A DNA stretch of 64,000 bases from Planctomycetota bacterium (GTDB taxonomy: Bacteria > Planctomycetota > PLA2 > JAEUHO01), in NCBI GenBank assembly GCA_029259775.1, contig JAJDEN010000014.1, positions 35,613 to 99,612 on the forward strand. Direction: 5' to 3'. The first letter of the stretch is position 1; each line of letters opens with the position of its first letter. The translations under genes were made by a program, and so were the position numbers. Of the stretch, positions 20,605 through 29,372 are shown one piece after another. Under the pieces are notes generated by a model. It saw nothing but the letters and a program-made list of their open reading frames with translations. It was not told the DNA's origin and did no database searches.

Positions 20605-21654
20605 ATGCTGACAGCGCTTCCCGCTTCGATCCCGCCGCTCGCCGGACTCCTGCCCACCATCCACGTGAGTGCCGTGGTCCTGCACTGGCTGGCGATGAAC
20701 GTCTTGGTTGCCTCCGCGTGGCACCTCGCGTCGGCGCGGGCCACCGACCTCGGACTCCAGCGGCGCATGGCCTCCGCCGTCCCGCGCGCGTTCACCGTGG
20801 CCGGACTCTTCGGACTGGGCGCGCTGCTCCTGCTGCGCCAGGAGAATGGAGCGCGGATCGAGACCTCGGCAGGGCACATGGTGTCGCTCTGGGCCGTGGC
20901 GCTGGGCGTGCTCGTCCTAGGCATCGGGGTCACGCACATCGTGGAGCGCCGTGCGCGTCAGGGCGTGTCGGCCCCGCGCTGGATGCGGTACCTGCCGTTC
21001 GTCGCGCTGGTGTTCTTCGCCTTCACCCTGACGTGGAATCTCGCCCTGTCCGAGCATCCACACCTCGTGGCGAACCTCGCCAGCACCGGGTGGGCGGGCA
21101 CGCTGCTGGAGAGCGGCGTGCTGCCCCGCTTCCTGCATCACCTCGTCGGTTCCGTTGCTCTCGGATCGATCTGGCTCCTGCACGTCGGCTTGCGCGTACG
21201 CGCCCAGGACGCGGAGCGGGGCGAGTCCCTGATGAAGCGCGCCGCGTTCGCCTGCATGATCGGCACCGCCGTCGCCGTGGTGTTTGGCATCTGGCAACTG
21301 CTGCATGCACCCAAGGAGGTCGGGGGAGCGGTTCCCGGTGCCATGCTCGCGGTGGGCGTGATGGCAGGCCTCGCCGTACCCGGCTTCATGGCCGTCGCCT
21401 GGAAACGTGGGGCGAGCCGCCTCGTCACGATGTCCTGGATTGCGATTGCGGTCACCCTCGCGGCGAAGGCGATCTTGCGCCGCGCGATCCGCGTCCGACG
21501 GCTCGAGGATGGGGCGGAGGGGACTGTGCCCGCGCTGCCCGAAGCCACGGACGCCACGATGCTCTGGATCGCGTGCGCGCTCGCGGCCGTGGGCATGCTG
21601 GGCTGGTTCATCAGCCGGCGGCTGCGCCGCGGCGAAGCGGCCGTCGGGGCCTGA
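20605..21654 (+). CDS. integral membrane hypothetical protein (~350 aa)
   Basis: 8-9 predicted TM helices; start ATG 20605 chosen (ORF track 20557). Confidence 0.55.
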   Translation: MLTALPASIPPLAGLLPTIHVSAVVLHWLAMNVLVASAWHLASARATDLGLQRRMASAVPRAFTVAGLFGLGALLLLRQENGARIETSAGHMVSLWAVALGVLVLGIGVTHIVERRARQGVSAPRWMRYLPFVALVFFAFTLTWNLALSEHPHLVANLASTGWAGTLLESGVLPRFLHHLVGSVALGSIWLLHVGLRVRAQDAERGESLMKRAAFACMIGTAVAVVFGIWQLLHAPKEVGGAVPGAMLAVGVMAGLAVPGFMAVAWKRGASRLVTMSWIAIAVTLAAKAILRRAIRVRRLEDGAEGTVPALPEATDATMLWIACALAAVGMLGWFISRRLRRGEAAVGA

Positions 21655-21675
21655 GCGCGGGGCGCAGCGCCCGGA

Positions 21676-22878
21676 TCACGCCAGCGCGTCGAGGCACCGT
21701 TGCCACGCGGCCCGCAGTGCTCGCTCGCGCGCATCGTCGAACACGTTGAACCCGAGGCGGTTGGTCACGTAGGCGTAGCCCGTGCCGCGGTCCGGATCCG
21801 CGTAGGCGAACGAGCCGCCCACGCCGGGCGCGCCGAACGCCGCGTCCGACGACCCGAAGCGGAAATCGGTGCTCGGCTTCATGAAGCCGAGGCCGAACGC
21901 CGTCTTGCGCTTGAAGACCCTGTCCCACGCGCCCGCCGGCGGCACGCGCGGCGGCTCCCGCAGCAACGCCAGCGTGTCCTGACCAATGCCCAGCGGCGCA
22001 CCGTCGGTCGCGAGCGCGCCGTACATCGAAGCCAACACGCGCGCCGTGGCGTACCCGTTCGAGGCGGGAAGCTCGAGCGGTCGCCACGTCTCGGTGTCGA
22101 GTGCGGCGGGACCCTTCAGCTTCGGATTGCGGATGCTGCGCGCGGTCAACGACCACGGCCACGCGAGCGCCGCGCCGAAGCGCGGTGACAGCTGACGCGG
22201 ATGCAGGAACAGCCGCAGGGGATTGAGGGTCTCGATGGGGGCGATGCGCGCCGGTGCCACGTCCTCGGGCAGGCCCACGTGCAAGTCCCCGCCAAGCGGC
22301 GTGGCGATCTCGTCGCGGATGAACGCGCCGAGGCTGCGCTGCTTGGGATCGATGCGGCGCACGAGCTCGCTCTGGTAGAAGCCCAGGCTGATCGCGTGGT
22401 AGGCGTGGCGCGCGCCGGGCGTCCACGCCGGACGCTGACGGGCGAGCAACGCCGCGAGCGCGTCATGGTCCGCGACGAGGTCCGGCCCCAGGCGTTCATC
22501 GACACCACTGAGGCCCGCCTGATGCGCGATCAACGTGCGCACCGTGATGTCGGCCTTGCCGCCCTCCGCGAACCCAGGCCAGTACCTCGCCACCGGCGCG
22601 TCGTAGTCCAGCAGCCCCCGGCTGTGGAGCTGGGCCAGCGCGGCGGCGGCCACGCCCTTGGTCACGCTGTAGACCAAGACGAGCGTGTCCCGCTCCCAAG
22701 CGGGCCCGCGCCGGCGGGTCGCGCCGCCCCAGAGGTCCACGACCAGCTGCCCCCGGTGGACCAGCGCGCACGCGGCGCCCAGCTCGCGCCGCTTGGCCAG
22801 GTTGGCCTCGAACGCCTCGCGCACGGGCTCGAAGCCCGGCGCGGTGGTGCCCTGGACGGCGGTGGGGGTCTGGCTCAC
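21676..22878 (-). CDS. serine hydrolase, beta-lactamase/esterase class C family
   Basis: SVTK (S-x-x-K) active-site motif near the N-terminus; YxN-like and HxG regions; 400 aa. Confidence 0.75.
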   Translation of the reverse strand: MSQTPTAVQGTTAPGFEPVREAFEANLAKRRELGAACALVHRGQLVVDLWGGATRRRGPAWERDTLVLVYSVTKGVAAAALAQLHSRGLLDYDAPVARYWPGFAEGGKADITVRTLIAHQAGLSGVDERLGPDLVADHDALAALLARQRPAWTPGARHAYHAISLGFYQSELVRRIDPKQRSLGAFIRDEIATPLGGDLHVGLPEDVAPARIAPIETLNPLRLFLHPRQLSPRFGAALAWPWSLTARSIRNPKLKGPAALDTETWRPLELPASNGYATARVLASMYGALATDGAPLGIGQDTLALLREPPRVPPAGAWDRVFKRKTAFGLGFMKPSTDFRFGSSDAAFGAPGVGGSFAYADPDRGTGYAYVTNRLGFNVFDDARERALRAAWQRCLDALA

Positions 22879-23033
22879 CCCGTCCTTCTATGCCGCAATC
22901 CGGGAGCGTGCGAGTCCCCGCCGCAATGGAGCGCGGGAAAGGCGATTTTCCGGGGAGGGTCCCGCGCTCCTGCGGGAACGTAGGGGTAGAGGACATCGTG
23001 ACGCCGCCCCCGCCCCCTTCCGCCGAACTGCTC

Positions 23034-24890
23034 ATGGAGCACCGTGCGTTCCTGCAGGGCCTCTCGCGCAGCCTCGTCGTCGACGAGCAGCGTGCCGAGG
23101 ACGTGGTCCAGCAGACCTACCTCGCCGTCCTCCAGCGCCCGCCGCCCGCCCACGTGCGCCTGCGCGCCTGGCTGGCCGTGATCGCGCGCAACCTGGCCTT
23201 GCGCTCACGCCGCACCGAGGGTCGCATGCGCCGGCGGCACGAAGCCGGCGCGCGCCCCGAAGCCGTCGAGCCCACATCGGACGTCGCGGCGCGCGTCGAA
23301 GCCCAGAAGCGCGTCGCCGGCGCGGTGGCCGCCCTGCCCGAGCCTGGGCGCAGTGCCATCGTCTGGCGCTACTTCGACGGCCTGACGCCCACCCAGATTG
23401 CCGAGAAGGAAGGCGTGTCCGTGCGCACGATCGAGAGTCGCTTGCGTCGGGCGCGCGAGACCCTGCGCCGTGACCTCGATGGCGACTACGGCGGCCGCAT
23501 TCTCTGGCAGGCAGCGCTGCTGCCCGTCGCGGGATGGGGCACGGCGTCTGCGAGTGCGCTCGCCGCCGGCACGACATCAACAGCGACGACAGCTGCCCAA
23601 GGGAGTGTGCCGACCGCCTCCGCTGTGGGCACGGCCGCCGCCGTGGGAGCAACGATCATGAGTGTCAAGACGATGGTCGGCGTCGCGGTCGTTTGCGCCG
23701 TGGGTGCATTCTTCGCGGGCTGGCAGCTGAAGCCGAGTTCGCAGGCGTTGGTCGCGGACGGGACGACGGAGAGCGCGAACGCCGATGCTCCCCTGCTCGG
23801 AGCCGAGGCGACGCGTCGGCTGCAGGTCGAGTCGGAGCTGAAGGGGCAGGTCGCCCGCAACGATGAGCTCGTGCGGGAGCTCGCAGCCCTGCGCGCGAAG
23901 GTCGCCGAAGCGAGCGCGGAGGACGCCGGGGGCCATGACGCGACGACGGGCAAGCCCGGCGCCAGCGCGAAGGCCGCCTACGCCCCAGCCTCGGTGAAGA
24001 GGGCGCTCGAGGGCGTCGACTGGGCCGAGGCGGGCGTGGCGATCACCAAGCTGATGCCCTTGCTCACGAAGCTCGAGGCCGCCCTGCGGGACGAGGTCGA
24101 GATGAAGGCCGCGGAGGTCGCGGGCATCTCGAGGTGGAACAGCCCGCTGCTCGCCCTGGCGCTTCGGCTCGAGGAGCAGAAGGTGGGGGGGACGGGCGCC
24201 AACGGCGCGTTCACGCACCCGAGTGTGATCGTCAACCTCCTGGTTTCGGCGCTCGCCGAATCCGGCAAGCCCGTCAGCCAGGCGCAGCTCACGATGCTCT
24301 CCGAGCTAGGCGATCGATTCCTCGTCGACGACGAGCGTCGGACCGCCGGCTACAACGAGGAGACGCTGGCGCTTGAGCGGACCATCGGGGAAACCGAGCT
24401 GAAGCAGCGCTTCTACGAGAGCGCTGACGCCTTGCTCACCACCGAGCAGCGCGACATCCTGCGCCCGGCGACCTTGCGCGGGCGGCTCGGCGTCGATCTG
24501 TTCAGCAGCGGCGTGATCTGGCATCCGCTCAGCAGGGGCGTGAACTTCGAGAAGCGCGAGGACCTCGCGTCGCGCATGGCCGCGATCCTCCTGGCGCAAT
24601 GGGAGGTCCCTGTCGAGCAGCGCGACGTGGCCGAAGAGGCCGCGCGGACGTGGGCGAACGGCTTCACCGACGCCGAGCTGAAGCTCGCGGACGACCAGGT
24701 GCTGCGCGACTCGGCCAAGGTCTCGGGGGGCGTGGCCGCGGGTTGGGCGAAGCTGGACCTGGCGCGGGCATCTGCGCGCCAGATGCTGGCAATGCAGCGC
24801 GCGCTGCTCGAGCGACTCCCCGTTGGCTCGGCCGCCGCGAAGAAGATCCGCGGGCGTCCGTCCCTCATCGCGCTGCCGATCAAACGGTAG
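23034..24890 (+). CDS. ECF sigma factor fused to a transmembrane helix and ~400-aa C-terminal domain
   Basis: N-terminus: sigma-70 region 2 (VVQQTYLAVLQRPPP…LRAWLAVIARNLALRSRR) and region 4 (AVAALPEPGRSAIVWRYFDGLTPTQIAEKEGVSVRTIESRLRRARETLRR). Continues in the same frame with no stop through a TM segment (MVGVAVVCAVGAFFAGW) and a coiled-coil/helical C-terminal domain. Alternative starts GTG 22998 and ATG 22890. Confidence 0.75.
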   Translation: MEHRAFLQGLSRSLVVDEQRAEDVVQQTYLAVLQRPPPAHVRLRAWLAVIARNLALRSRRTEGRMRRRHEAGARPEAVEPTSDVAARVEAQKRVAGAVAALPEPGRSAIVWRYFDGLTPTQIAEKEGVSVRTIESRLRRARETLRRDLDGDYGGRILWQAALLPVAGWGTASASALAAGTTSTATTAAQGSVPTASAVGTAAAVGATIMSVKTMVGVAVVCAVGAFFAGWQLKPSSQALVADGTTESANADAPLLGAEATRRLQVESELKGQVARNDELVRELAALRAKVAEASAEDAGGHDATTGKPGASAKAAYAPASVKRALEGVDWAEAGVAITKLMPLLTKLEAALRDEVEMKAAEVAGISRWNSPLLALALRLEEQKVGGTGANGAFTHPSVIVNLLVSALAESGKPVSQAQLTMLSELGDRFLVDDERRTAGYNEETLALERTIGETELKQRFYESADALLTTEQRDILRPATLRGRLGVDLFSSGVIWHPLSRGVNFEKREDLASRMAAILLAQWEVPVEQRDVAEEAARTWANGFTDAELKLADDQVLRDSAKVSGGVAAGWAKLDLARASARQMLAMQRALLERLPVGSAAAKKIRGRPSLIALPIKR

Positions 24891-24947
24891 CGGCGCCCCA
24901 AGACCATCCTGCACGGCCGGATCATGGTTCCGCCCGCGGACCATCCG

Positions 24948-25304
24948 TCACGCCTTGTGCCAGCTCACTTCGATCTTGTAGCCGTCGGGGTCGAGGCAGT
25001 AGAAGGCCGCCGCTTCACCGTCGTACTCGGCGTAGTCCTTCACGATGCGAGTGCCCTCCGCCGCCATGGCATCGTGGATGCTCTTCACCTCGGCCATCCC
25101 ATCCAGACAGAAGCCCAGGTGGAACCAGCTCGGTAGCTCCGGCACCTCGTCCACGGGATCGATGGCGAGGAGGAAACCGTCGTCGTTCTCGAGGAACACG
25201 CCTTCCCCGTGGTCGGACCTGTGGCGGAAGCCGAAGAAGCGTTCGTAGAACGCGCGCGACGCCGCGACGTCGCGCGCCCCGAGATGAAGGTGGTTGAGGT
25301 CCAT
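24948..25304 (-). CDS. glyoxalase/bleomycin-resistance/VOC family protein
   Basis: MDLNHLHLGARDVAASRAFYERFFGF… typical VOC fold sequence, 118 aa. Confidence 0.8.
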   Translation of the reverse strand: MDLNHLHLGARDVAASRAFYERFFGFRHRSDHGEGVFLENDDGFLLAIDPVDEVPELPSWFHLGFCLDGMAEVKSIHDAMAAEGTRIVKDYAEYDGEAAAFYCLDPDGYKIEVSWHKA

Positions 25305-25332
25305 GACGCCTCCCTCGAGTGGGGCCCGGAGG

Positions 25333-26811
25333 CTACTTCGTCTCGGTCGTTGCGGCCGGCTTCCACGTGTCGCGGTCGTCCCGGAGGAACCGGGTCTTGA
25401 GCGCCCAGCGCCAGACCGTTTCCATGCTCTCCTTGGGTGCGCCGTCGACGATGATCACCTGGTCCCCGCGGATCGCGATGCGACCCGGGCCGTACATGCC
25501 GGTGTAGCTGAGCGTGCTGCTCGCGAGCGGCGCACCGAGGCTGGGCGCCGTCGCCTCCCAGCCCGTGGCCTCGTAGGCGTCGCCATGCTGGGCCTTGAGC
25601 GCGTCGCTCAGCGCCGCGCCAGCTTCCTTGGCCTCAGCCACGTCGTCGAAGACCCAGGCCTGGATCATGACGACCGGCTGGTCGCCCTTGGCGTAGAAGA
25701 CCATGCGCCCGCCGTCCCAGCCCGCGGCGGCCTTGCGGCAGCGCTCCTCCGCCGGCACGGGGTGGATGAAGTTGCGGAAGTTGAGCTTGCCGTCCGTACC
25801 GCCGAGGAAGCGGTCGAGGTAGAGCGCCAGGTCGAGCTCACCCTGGCGCTGCTCGTAGAGCTTCTCCCAGCCGCGACCGAGGGCTTCGGCGAAGTCGCCG
25901 GCCCAGATGATGCCGCGCGGGTAGTCGCGCGTCTTCGTGAACCAGCGGTCCAGATGCAGGATCTGCTCAGTGGAGACAGGCGGATCGGCGTAGAGCTTAC
26001 GCATCGTCTCCTTGTAGTCCTGCTTCTCGGTGCCGCGCATGGCGCGCGAGACGAGCAGCGGGCCGTGCCGGTAGTGCAGCATCGTTGGCACGATCATGAA
26101 CGCCGGCACGGTCTGGAGCACCTTCATCTGCGCGGCCGCCTGCGACGGGTCGGCTTGCGAGCGCATGAACGCTGCCGTGACGTCCTTGTGCAGACCTTGG
26201 TACGTCACGCGCGCGTGCTCGGCCGAGCCCTCGACGACGCACGTCTCGGCGAACGTGCGGTCGGGATCCATGCCGATCGGGAGGGTGCGCGCCTGGAAGT
26301 CGAAGTGTTGGTCTTCGAGCGCGTGCACCAGCTCGTGCAGCAGCACCGGACGCGCGGCGTCGCCTTCGAAGCCCTCGACGACGAAGAGTTCCTTGGCGCG
26401 CGGGCTGTAGAAGCCGCCCGCCATGCCGGCCATCATCGAACCCATCAGCTCGAACGGGTCTTGCGTGCTCGAGAGCAGGCCCAGGCGACGAAGCGCGCGC
26501 GTGTAGCGGTCGCGCTTGATCTTGGGCATGAAGTGGTCGACTTCCTCGGCGAAGGCCGGCGGGATGTCCTTCTTGAGGATGTTGTTGCCGGGCACGTCGA
26601 ACTTCCACTTGAGCCCGCGGATCTGTTCGGCCTCGATGCGCAGCTCCGCGACCATCTTGTTCAACGCCGCTTGCTCGGCCGAGATGGGCTCGTCCTTCTT
26701 GGGCGCCTCTTCGGTCTTCGGAGCCTCCTCGGTCTTGGGGCCGTCGTCGGCCCACGCGAGACCAGCGAGAACGAACAGGAGCGGGAGCAGGAACAGGGCC
26801 GTGCGGCGCAT
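25333..26811 (-). CDS. secreted putative zinc metallopeptidase (HExxH)
   Basis: Start MRRTALFLLPLLFVLAGLAWA (signal peptide); PKTEEA repeats; LLHELVHALEDQH zincin-like motif; paralogous motif in the 53758 gene. Confidence 0.65.
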   Translation of the reverse strand: MRRTALFLLPLLFVLAGLAWADDGPKTEEAPKTEEAPKKDEPISAEQAALNKMVAELRIEAEQIRGLKWKFDVPGNNILKKDIPPAFAEEVDHFMPKIKRDRYTRALRRLGLLSSTQDPFELMGSMMAGMAGGFYSPRAKELFVVEGFEGDAARPVLLHELVHALEDQHFDFQARTLPIGMDPDRTFAETCVVEGSAEHARVTYQGLHKDVTAAFMRSQADPSQAAAQMKVLQTVPAFMIVPTMLHYRHGPLLVSRAMRGTEKQDYKETMRKLYADPPVSTEQILHLDRWFTKTRDYPRGIIWAGDFAEALGRGWEKLYEQRQGELDLALYLDRFLGGTDGKLNFRNFIHPVPAEERCRKAAAGWDGGRMVFYAKGDQPVVMIQAWVFDDVAEAKEAGAALSDALKAQHGDAYEATGWEATAPSLGAPLASSTLSYTGMYGPGRIAIRGDQVIIVDGAPKESMETVWRWALKTRFLRDDRDTWKPAATTETK

Positions 26812-26913
26812 GGGATACCTCCGGGGGCCGCGATGGTACGGCAGGGCCGCGGGCCGGGGAGTGGTAGACTCCCGCGCCTTGCTCCGGAGCCGGGGCGGGG
26901 GAGCAGCGACGTC

Positions 26914-28950
26914 GTGAACGGCGAGATCACAGCCCAGCCGAACCTCGCAGCGCGCCTGTTCCTCGGCCTCGTCGCCGGCCAGCTCCTCCTCGCCGGCCTG
27001 CTGCAGTTCGACCTGCAGGCCTACGGCGTGCTCGAAGTCCTCTACCAGTGGGCCATGATCCTCGTGGGCGGCGCCGGGGTTGTGTTCACGATGCGGGCCT
27101 ACCGGCGCTCGGGCTGGCGCACGCGGCACCCGGCCGTCCACCGGATCCTCTTGACGGCGCTGGCCACGACGGTGGGCAGCGCCGGGCTGCTGTTCTTGCT
27201 CCACATGGCGGCGTTCACGCACACCTACGAGGTGGAGCGCTACCTGCGCGCGTTCCTGCTCAGCATCTCCGTGTACCTCTTCGCCAACGCGGCGGTGGTG
27301 TTCTTGGGGCTAGGCCTGCTCTACCTGCTCACGAAGCGTCTGTGGGCCTCGATCGCGATCGGCCTGACGGTCACGGGCCTGCTGCACGGCTTCCACGTTG
27401 CGAAGTACCTGATCCTCCAGCAGCACCTCTACGTCTGGGACTACATGCTGGTCGGCGACATGCTCGAGGTGCTGCCGCGCTACGCCGGCGCGGGCGGCGA
27501 GACCGCCCTGCTCGTCCTGGCGGCGTCGCTCGTGGTGGGCATCGCGGTGCTCGCGTGGCGGGAAGCCAAGGGGGAGTCGCTGAAGCGTCGCGCTGCCCTC
27601 GTGGGGGGAGGCCTGATCGCCACGGCGCTGCTCTGGATCGTCACGGCGCTCAGTTCGACGGGCCCGAACGAGGACCCGTCGGAGTACTTCCCGCTGTGGA
27701 ACCGGCACAGCTACAACTCGCACTACAACAAGACGGGCTTCCACTTCGCGCTGCTGCGCGGTTCCCGCTACTTCGCGCTCAACAGCGCACCCGAGGGCTA
27801 CTCCGACGAGGCGATGGCGCGCATCGAGCGCACCTACCCGCGTGGCAAGAACACCGTCGTGCCGACGGCCGACGTGATCTTCTACATGGTCGAGTCGCTG
27901 GCGGACTACGCCGAGTACGGGCTCGCCTTCGAGCCGGATCCGCTCGCCAACTTCCATGCGCTGCAGCGTGCGCACACACGCGGCCGGTTGATCGTGCCAA
28001 TCTTCGGCGGCAACACGCCCAACACCGAGTTCGAGATGCTCACGGGCCTCTCCCGCGTGAGGCCGTGGCCCTACGACCTCTCGTACGCCTACCGCCAGTG
28101 GATCACCGGCAAGACCGCCGCCCTGCCGTGGGTCTTCCGCGACTGGGGCTACCAGACCGCGGTGGTGAGCGGCGCGCGCGATCGCTACTTCGGCGAGGTC
28201 ACGGCCTACCCGCGCCTGGGCTTCGAGCAGTTCCGCGCCCTGGGTGACGTGCCGGGCCTGCCGCGCAAGTTCGGCTTGGTCTCGGACGAGGCGGTGGTGG
28301 ACGACCTGATCCAGCTGCTCAGCCAGGAGGGCCCGGACCGCAAGCCGTGGTTCCTCAGCGTGACGACGGATGCGACGCACGGTCCCTACCGCGGCGCGCA
28401 CGTGCCGTCGCCGCCGCGCTTCGTGCTCACCACCCAGGACCTGCCCGACGACGTCGTGGAGGTGGCCACGGATCACGCCCACGCGATCCACCATGCCGAC
28501 GAGCACCTGGGCCGCTTGGTGGCCTTCCTCAAGAGCCGCTCGCGGCCGACGATCCTGTTTGTCTACGGCGACCACAAGCCGGCGCTGGACGAGTTCTTCG
28601 CGGCGGGCATCTTGCGTGACGGTTGGCCGGGTCGCTTGCTGGACAAATACTCCACGCCGCTGGCGATCTGGTCGAACCTGCCGCATGTGAAACCAAGCAA
28701 CGAGCCGCTCGTCTTGAGTGCGAACTTCCTGTCGGCGGAGTTGTTCACGCGGCTGGGGGTGAAGCATCCGCCGTCGACGTTCCACTTCACGAAGAGGGTG
28801 TATGCGACGTTCCCGATCGTTTCGCGCGTGATCGGCGATCGCGCGGGGACGTTCCACCACCCGGAGGACCTGCGTGGGACCGAGGCCGACCTGCTGCGCG
28901 ACTACGGCTTCGTGAAGTACCACACGTTGGTCGGCGGCCGCGGGAACTAG
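26914..28950 (+). CDS. LtaS/sulfatase-family membrane protein (phosphoglycerol/phosphoethanolamine transferase-like)
   Basis: Five N-terminal TM helices followed by alkaline-phosphatase-superfamily domain (…TDATHGPYRG…VYGDHKP…); GTG start 26914 inferred; the 25294-26913 part of the ORF is a spurious extension. Confidence 0.75.
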   Translation: MNGEITAQPNLAARLFLGLVAGQLLLAGLLQFDLQAYGVLEVLYQWAMILVGGAGVVFTMRAYRRSGWRTRHPAVHRILLTALATTVGSAGLLFLLHMAAFTHTYEVERYLRAFLLSISVYLFANAAVVFLGLGLLYLLTKRLWASIAIGLTVTGLLHGFHVAKYLILQQHLYVWDYMLVGDMLEVLPRYAGAGGETALLVLAASLVVGIAVLAWREAKGESLKRRAALVGGGLIATALLWIVTALSSTGPNEDPSEYFPLWNRHSYNSHYNKTGFHFALLRGSRYFALNSAPEGYSDEAMARIERTYPRGKNTVVPTADVIFYMVESLADYAEYGLAFEPDPLANFHALQRAHTRGRLIVPIFGGNTPNTEFEMLTGLSRVRPWPYDLSYAYRQWITGKTAALPWVFRDWGYQTAVVSGARDRYFGEVTAYPRLGFEQFRALGDVPGLPRKFGLVSDEAVVDDLIQLLSQEGPDRKPWFLSVTTDATHGPYRGAHVPSPPRFVLTTQDLPDDVVEVATDHAHAIHHADEHLGRLVAFLKSRSRPTILFVYGDHKPALDEFFAAGILRDGWPGRLLDKYSTPLAIWSNLPHVKPSNEPLVLSANFLSAELFTRLGVKHPPSTFHFTKRVYATFPIVSRVIGDRAGTFHHPEDLRGTEADLLRDYGFVKYHTLVGGRGN

Positions 28951-29372
28951 GGCGCCGACGGCAGCCGATACGTCTGGACGAGCGGCGGCGATCGACGGCT
29001 CCCTACCTATCTCCCTTGGGTAACGGCTCGCAGCCTTCCTGGAGAATCTTGGTGAACTTGCTGCCGAGGCGGGCGTTTCCAGTCTTGCTGGAGGGCGCGC
29101 ACGGGGCAGTCTCTTGACTGTCTGTCGTCCGAAACCCAAATCGATGACCCCGTGCGTGCCCCCGGCGTCGACGTCTCGCACACGTCCGGAGGGCCCGGGG
29201 CGTTCGCGGCGCTGGTGCCTGTGTGGTGCGGCGGTTCGAACGACCCCGGGTCCTCGATCTCCCGCGGCTCCGTGTCGCGCAGGATGCCAGCCCCTTGCCT
29301 GGCTTGCGTGCATCCGGTGAAATGCACGCCCCGATCCGCCGCATCTCCCGGGAGCCCTGTGCGCACACCCTT

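Noticed and set aside
25294-26913. 5' extension of the 25294..28950 ORF
   Set aside because: It is antisense to the HExxH peptidase gene. The LtaS-like protein begins with its TM helices near 26914.
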